64,000 bases of DNA, taken from positions 441,417-505,416 of the forward strand of contig JBAZVD010000001.1 of the NCBI GenBank assembly GCA_041661065.1. Direction: 5' to 3'. The translations under genes were made by a program, and so were the position numbers. Positions 61,185-64,000 of this stretch are shown here, piece after piece. Under the pieces are notes generated by a model. It was given only the letters and a program-made list of their open reading frames with translations. It searched no databases and was not told the origin of the DNA. Numbering within the stretch: the first letter of the stretch is position 1; the number at the start of each line of letters is the position of its first letter. The stretch is from Candidatus Peribacteraceae bacterium (GTDB lineage: Bacteria; Patescibacteriota; Gracilibacteria; Peribacterales; Peribacteraceae).

Positions 61185-62213
61185 ATGAATCTCAGACACA
61201 GCATTTTCACGTGGCGATACGCCGTACTCGCAACCTTTCTGCTCCTCATCCGCGCGGCGGCTGCCGGCGCGCAAGCATTCAGTGACGTGCCGAAGAACGA
61301 TGTCATCTACGATGCCGTCGTCTATTTGAAAGACCGTGGGATCATCAACGGCTTCCCCGACGGCACGTACCGTTCCGATGCAAAGGTGACGCGTGCGGAA
61401 GCCTTGAAAATGATTGTCACTGCAAAGGGCATCACGCCTGATGACGTGAAGAAGTACACGTCCACGCCGTTCACGGATGTTCCCAAAGGAACATGGTTCC
61501 TCCCCTACGTGGAATGGGGGCGGAAGGATCTTTCGATCATTGACGGGCCGCCCAAAGCGCAGGAGTTCCATCCCAACCGTACGGTGCAGAAAGTGGAATT
61601 CCTCAAGATGCTGTTCCTTGCGCAGGGCATGGATGCGGCTGCGAACGCGGATGTGAAGCTCCCTCTTTCCATCGACGTATCGGACGTGAACGCGTGGTAC
61701 TACCCGCACATGCGGCTTGCGCTCTCCTCCTCGACGACCGCTCCCGGCAAGAACGGTTACCTCTCCCCGGACCGTGCTCTGACGCGCGGTGACGTCGCCT
61801 TGCTCCTCCACCGCTTGCTCCTCTATAAGGAAGGACGACGGACGCAGGATTTGCTCTCACAGATAGAAACGGAGGCGATCACGATTGTGAGCGCCTTGAA
61901 CGCCAAGAACATCCGGACCGCCGAATACGCTTCCGTCCGCGCGCTCCTCTACGCCCGCGGCGCCAAGGCCGTCGTTCCGGACGAGCCCATCGTCGGCGCG
62001 GCGCTGAAGGTTACGGAAGGTTTCCGTGCGCTCGTCCGCGGTTACGGCGCGCAGTCGGAGAAGAAATATGACGATGCGCTGAAGTTGTACCAGGACGCAT
62101 GGAACATCGGGAAGACGGCGATGGCTCTCAGTTCATCCGCGAAAACATACGCAACGGGCATACAGAAAAGCGCTCAACAGCTGGCGAACGACGTGCGCGC
62201 CCTCAAGAAGTAA
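61185..62213 (+). CDS. Secreted SLH-domain protein
   Basis: Signal 'AVLATFLLLIRAAAAGAQA', then the SLH repeats 'FSDVPKNDVIYDAVVYLKDRGIINGFPDGTYR', 'FTDVPKGTWFLPYVEWG' and '...LTRGDVALLL'. The ORF opens at 60993. Confidence 0.8.
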   Translation: MNLRHSIFTWRYAVLATFLLLIRAAAAGAQAFSDVPKNDVIYDAVVYLKDRGIINGFPDGTYRSDAKVTRAEALKMIVTAKGITPDDVKKYTSTPFTDVPKGTWFLPYVEWGRKDLSIIDGPPKAQEFHPNRTVQKVEFLKMLFLAQGMDAAANADVKLPLSIDVSDVNAWYYPHMRLALSSSTTAPGKNGYLSPDRALTRGDVALLLHRLLLYKEGRRTQDLLSQIETEAITIVSALNAKNIRTAEYASVRALLYARGAKAVVPDEPIVGAALKVTEGFRALVRGYGAQSEKKYDDALKLYQDAWNIGKTAMALSSSAKTYATGIQKSAQQLANDVRALKK

Positions 62214-62216
62214 CCA

Positions 62217-62245
62217 TTGCAAATACTCGCCGGAAATGCCATAAT
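62217..62245 (+). promoter_or_regulatory. Sigma70-like promoter (TTGCAA, 17 nt, CATAAT) upstream of pyk
   Basis: TTGCAA at 62217-62222, CATAAT at 62240-62245, ATG at 62275. Confidence 0.5.
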
Positions 62246-62274
62246 AGTAAGAGCTGAGACTTCATTCCTTCCGC

Positions 62275-63696
62275 ATGCGGTTCACAAAAATCATCTGCAC
62301 CCTCGGCCCCGCCACCAGCACGAAGGAGGACGTGCGAAAGCTCGTGAGTGCGGGCATGAATATTGCGCGCATCAACCTCTCCCACGGAACGCTGGAACAG
62401 CATTTGAAGACGATCAAACTGCTGAAGGAGATCAACGGGGAATTGAAGAGGAAAGAGGGAACCCGCTGCATCGGCATTCTCCTGGATACGAAAGGCGCGG
62501 AGATCCGTACGGGGGACGTGAAGGAGAAGGTGGCGGTTGAGAAAGGTGAGGAAGTGGTGTTTTCCCCCAAGCCGCTCCCCAAGGAGAAGCGGACGGTTGT
62601 CATCGTCAATCACGAACGCTTCGACAAGGACGTCGCTGAAGCGGAATGCATTCTCATCGACAACGGCTTGATACGCTTCGACATCCTGGAGGCCAGGCCC
62701 GACGGATCAGTACTTGCGCGGTCGCAGGAGGACGGGGCCATCGGCTCACGCCGGCACGTCAACCTGCCCGGCGCCAACCTCAGCATGCCGTCCGTGACGC
62801 ACAAGGACTGGGAGGACATCGCCTTCGCGGCCAAGGAAGACGTGGACTTCCTCGCACTCTCGTTCATACGCGAAGCGAAGGAAATCCATGAAGTGCGGGG
62901 TTTCCTGGAAGCGCACGGCGCGCGGATCGGACTCATTTCCAAGATCGAGACGCGCCAGGCCATCAAGAACATCAAGGAGATCGTCGAAGCCTCCGACGGC
63001 ATCATGGTGGCTCGCGGCGACCTTGGCGTGGAAGTCCCCTTCGAATCCGTGCCGGCCATACAAGACGACATCGTGGAGGAGGCGCGCCTCGCCGGTAAAC
63101 CGGTGATCGTGGCCACGCACATGCTGGAGAGCATGATCGACCAGCCCATGCCGACGCGCGCCGAAGTGACGGATATCGCACACGCCGCCACCACGCGCAC
63201 GGACGCCACCATGCTCTCGGGAGAGACGGCGAGCGGCGAGTTCCCCTACGCATCGGTGGAGGCCATGGACCGGGTTCTCCAAGCCACGGAAGAGCACATC
63301 CTGCTCCCCGCCCCCATGCTGGAAGCCACCTCCCATACGGAACGCGAAGCCCGGGCGCACGCGGCCGTGACGCTCGCCGTCACCACACGCGCCACCGCGC
63401 TCTTCGTGATGACGAAAAGCGGGAAGACGGCGGTGGACCTCGCCAGGTTCCGTCCCAACATTCCCATCATTGCCTTTACGGACAGCGAAGCGACGCAACG
63501 AAAGCTGCAACTCTCGTACGGCGTGAACCCCGTCTTTATCCCCTTCAGCACGGACCCCGAACGGACGGTGAAGGCCGCCATGGATGAGGCGAAGCACTTG
63601 GGCATGCTGGAGAAAGGCAACCACGTCGTGTTGGTTTCGGATACCAAGGCGGGTGATTCCTCCATCAATACCATCCAGATGCGTTCCATCTCTTGA
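62275..63696 (+). CDS. pyk: Pyruvate kinase
   Basis: 'TKIICTLGPAT', 'MNIARINLSHG', 'LDTKGAEIR', 'MVARGDLGVE', 'ATHMLESM'. Confidence 0.93.
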   Translation: MRFTKIICTLGPATSTKEDVRKLVSAGMNIARINLSHGTLEQHLKTIKLLKEINGELKRKEGTRCIGILLDTKGAEIRTGDVKEKVAVEKGEEVVFSPKPLPKEKRTVVIVNHERFDKDVAEAECILIDNGLIRFDILEARPDGSVLARSQEDGAIGSRRHVNLPGANLSMPSVTHKDWEDIAFAAKEDVDFLALSFIREAKEIHEVRGFLEAHGARIGLISKIETRQAIKNIKEIVEASDGIMVARGDLGVEVPFESVPAIQDDIVEEARLAGKPVIVATHMLESMIDQPMPTRAEVTDIAHAATTRTDATMLSGETASGEFPYASVEAMDRVLQATEEHILLPAPMLEATSHTEREARAHAAVTLAVTTRATALFVMTKSGKTAVDLARFRPNIPIIAFTDSEATQRKLQLSYGVNPVFIPFSTDPERTVKAAMDEAKHLGMLEKGNHVVLVSDTKAGDSSINTIQMRSIS

Positions 63697-63703
63697 ACAG
63701 GTC

Positions 63704-63997
63704 TCACTCCGGCAATGACGTGAGAGGCTTCTCCACCGTAATGTAGCGCGGCTTCGTAGCGACGGACATGGTGTGGATCTGTTGCTCTTGCTGCAAGTGA
63801 TTCAGCGATTGCGCTTCCGCTATCTGCATGTTGAGCACTTCCTGTTCCAGGAGGAGCATGCTCCTTTCGCGTTCCAGGCCGCGCAGCTCATAGCCTTTCG
63901 TCGCGGTCGCATTCTCGTGGAAGAGGATGAGAAGCGCGAGACCGAGAATGAGCGCCCCGATGGACACCATGAGCAGCACCGTGCTCTGCGAGACCAT
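63704..63997 (-). CDS. FtsL-like cell-division protein
   Basis: 97 aa with one TM segment 'VLLMVSIGALILGLALLILF' and a coiled coil 'ERERSMLLLEQEVLNMQIAEAQ'. It starts 3 nt from the window edge. Confidence 0.5.
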   Translation of the reverse strand: MVSQSTVLLMVSIGALILGLALLILFHENATATKGYELRGLERERSMLLLEQEVLNMQIAEAQSLNHLQQEQQIHTMSVATKPRYITVEKPLTSLPE

Positions 63998-64000
63998 TCT

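Overview
The window is a gene-dense, mostly GC-rich bacterial chromosome segment that reads with the standard code (TGA, TAA and TAG all act as stops). There is no rRNA, CRISPR array, transposase, integrase or prophage.

The gene content mixes housekeeping genes with a large secreted and cell-surface complement. Housekeeping calls are recG, miaA, clpP, tgt, rplU, rpmA, pth, lepB, secE-nusG, murJ, murC, purL, purQ, lepA, priA, frr-pyrH, pyk, FtsB-like and FtsL-like proteins, and four tRNAs.

By inference only, the small-genome feel, short intergenic spacers, SLH proteins, giant surface proteins and many poly-Ser linkers suggest a Patescibacteria/CPR-like, perhaps Peregrinibacteria-like, organism.

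Main accessory content:
1. Two adjacent giant secreted Cys/Asp-rich repeat proteins at 27.9-36.2 kb (1770 aa and 918 aa). They combine calcium-binding TSP3/MopE-like modules, a shared Cys domain I do not recognise, DUF11-like and Cna-B-like domains, and near-identical internal DNA repeats.
2. A copper-homeostasis island at 19.8-26.9 kb: a secreted His/Met/Cys protein, an HMA-membrane-cupredoxin fusion, DsbA, CopZ, CsoR, CopA, a permease and CsbD. Further cupredoxin-like genes lie elsewhere in the window.
3. A double-GT2 glycan synthase divergent from a secreted GH6 glucanase, next to a signal-peptide-bearing Hcp-like protein.
4. A tgt gene whose four zinc ligands are all substituted and which carries an in-frame low-complexity palindromic insert.
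5. A set of long low-complexity hairpins filling 3' intergenic spacers.
6. Several consensus promoters so close to the ATG that the mRNAs would be leaderless.
7. A tRNA followed by a GIY-YIG sequence, seen twice.

Many long ORFs in the six-frame track are antisense artefacts of GC-rich genes and are rejected.
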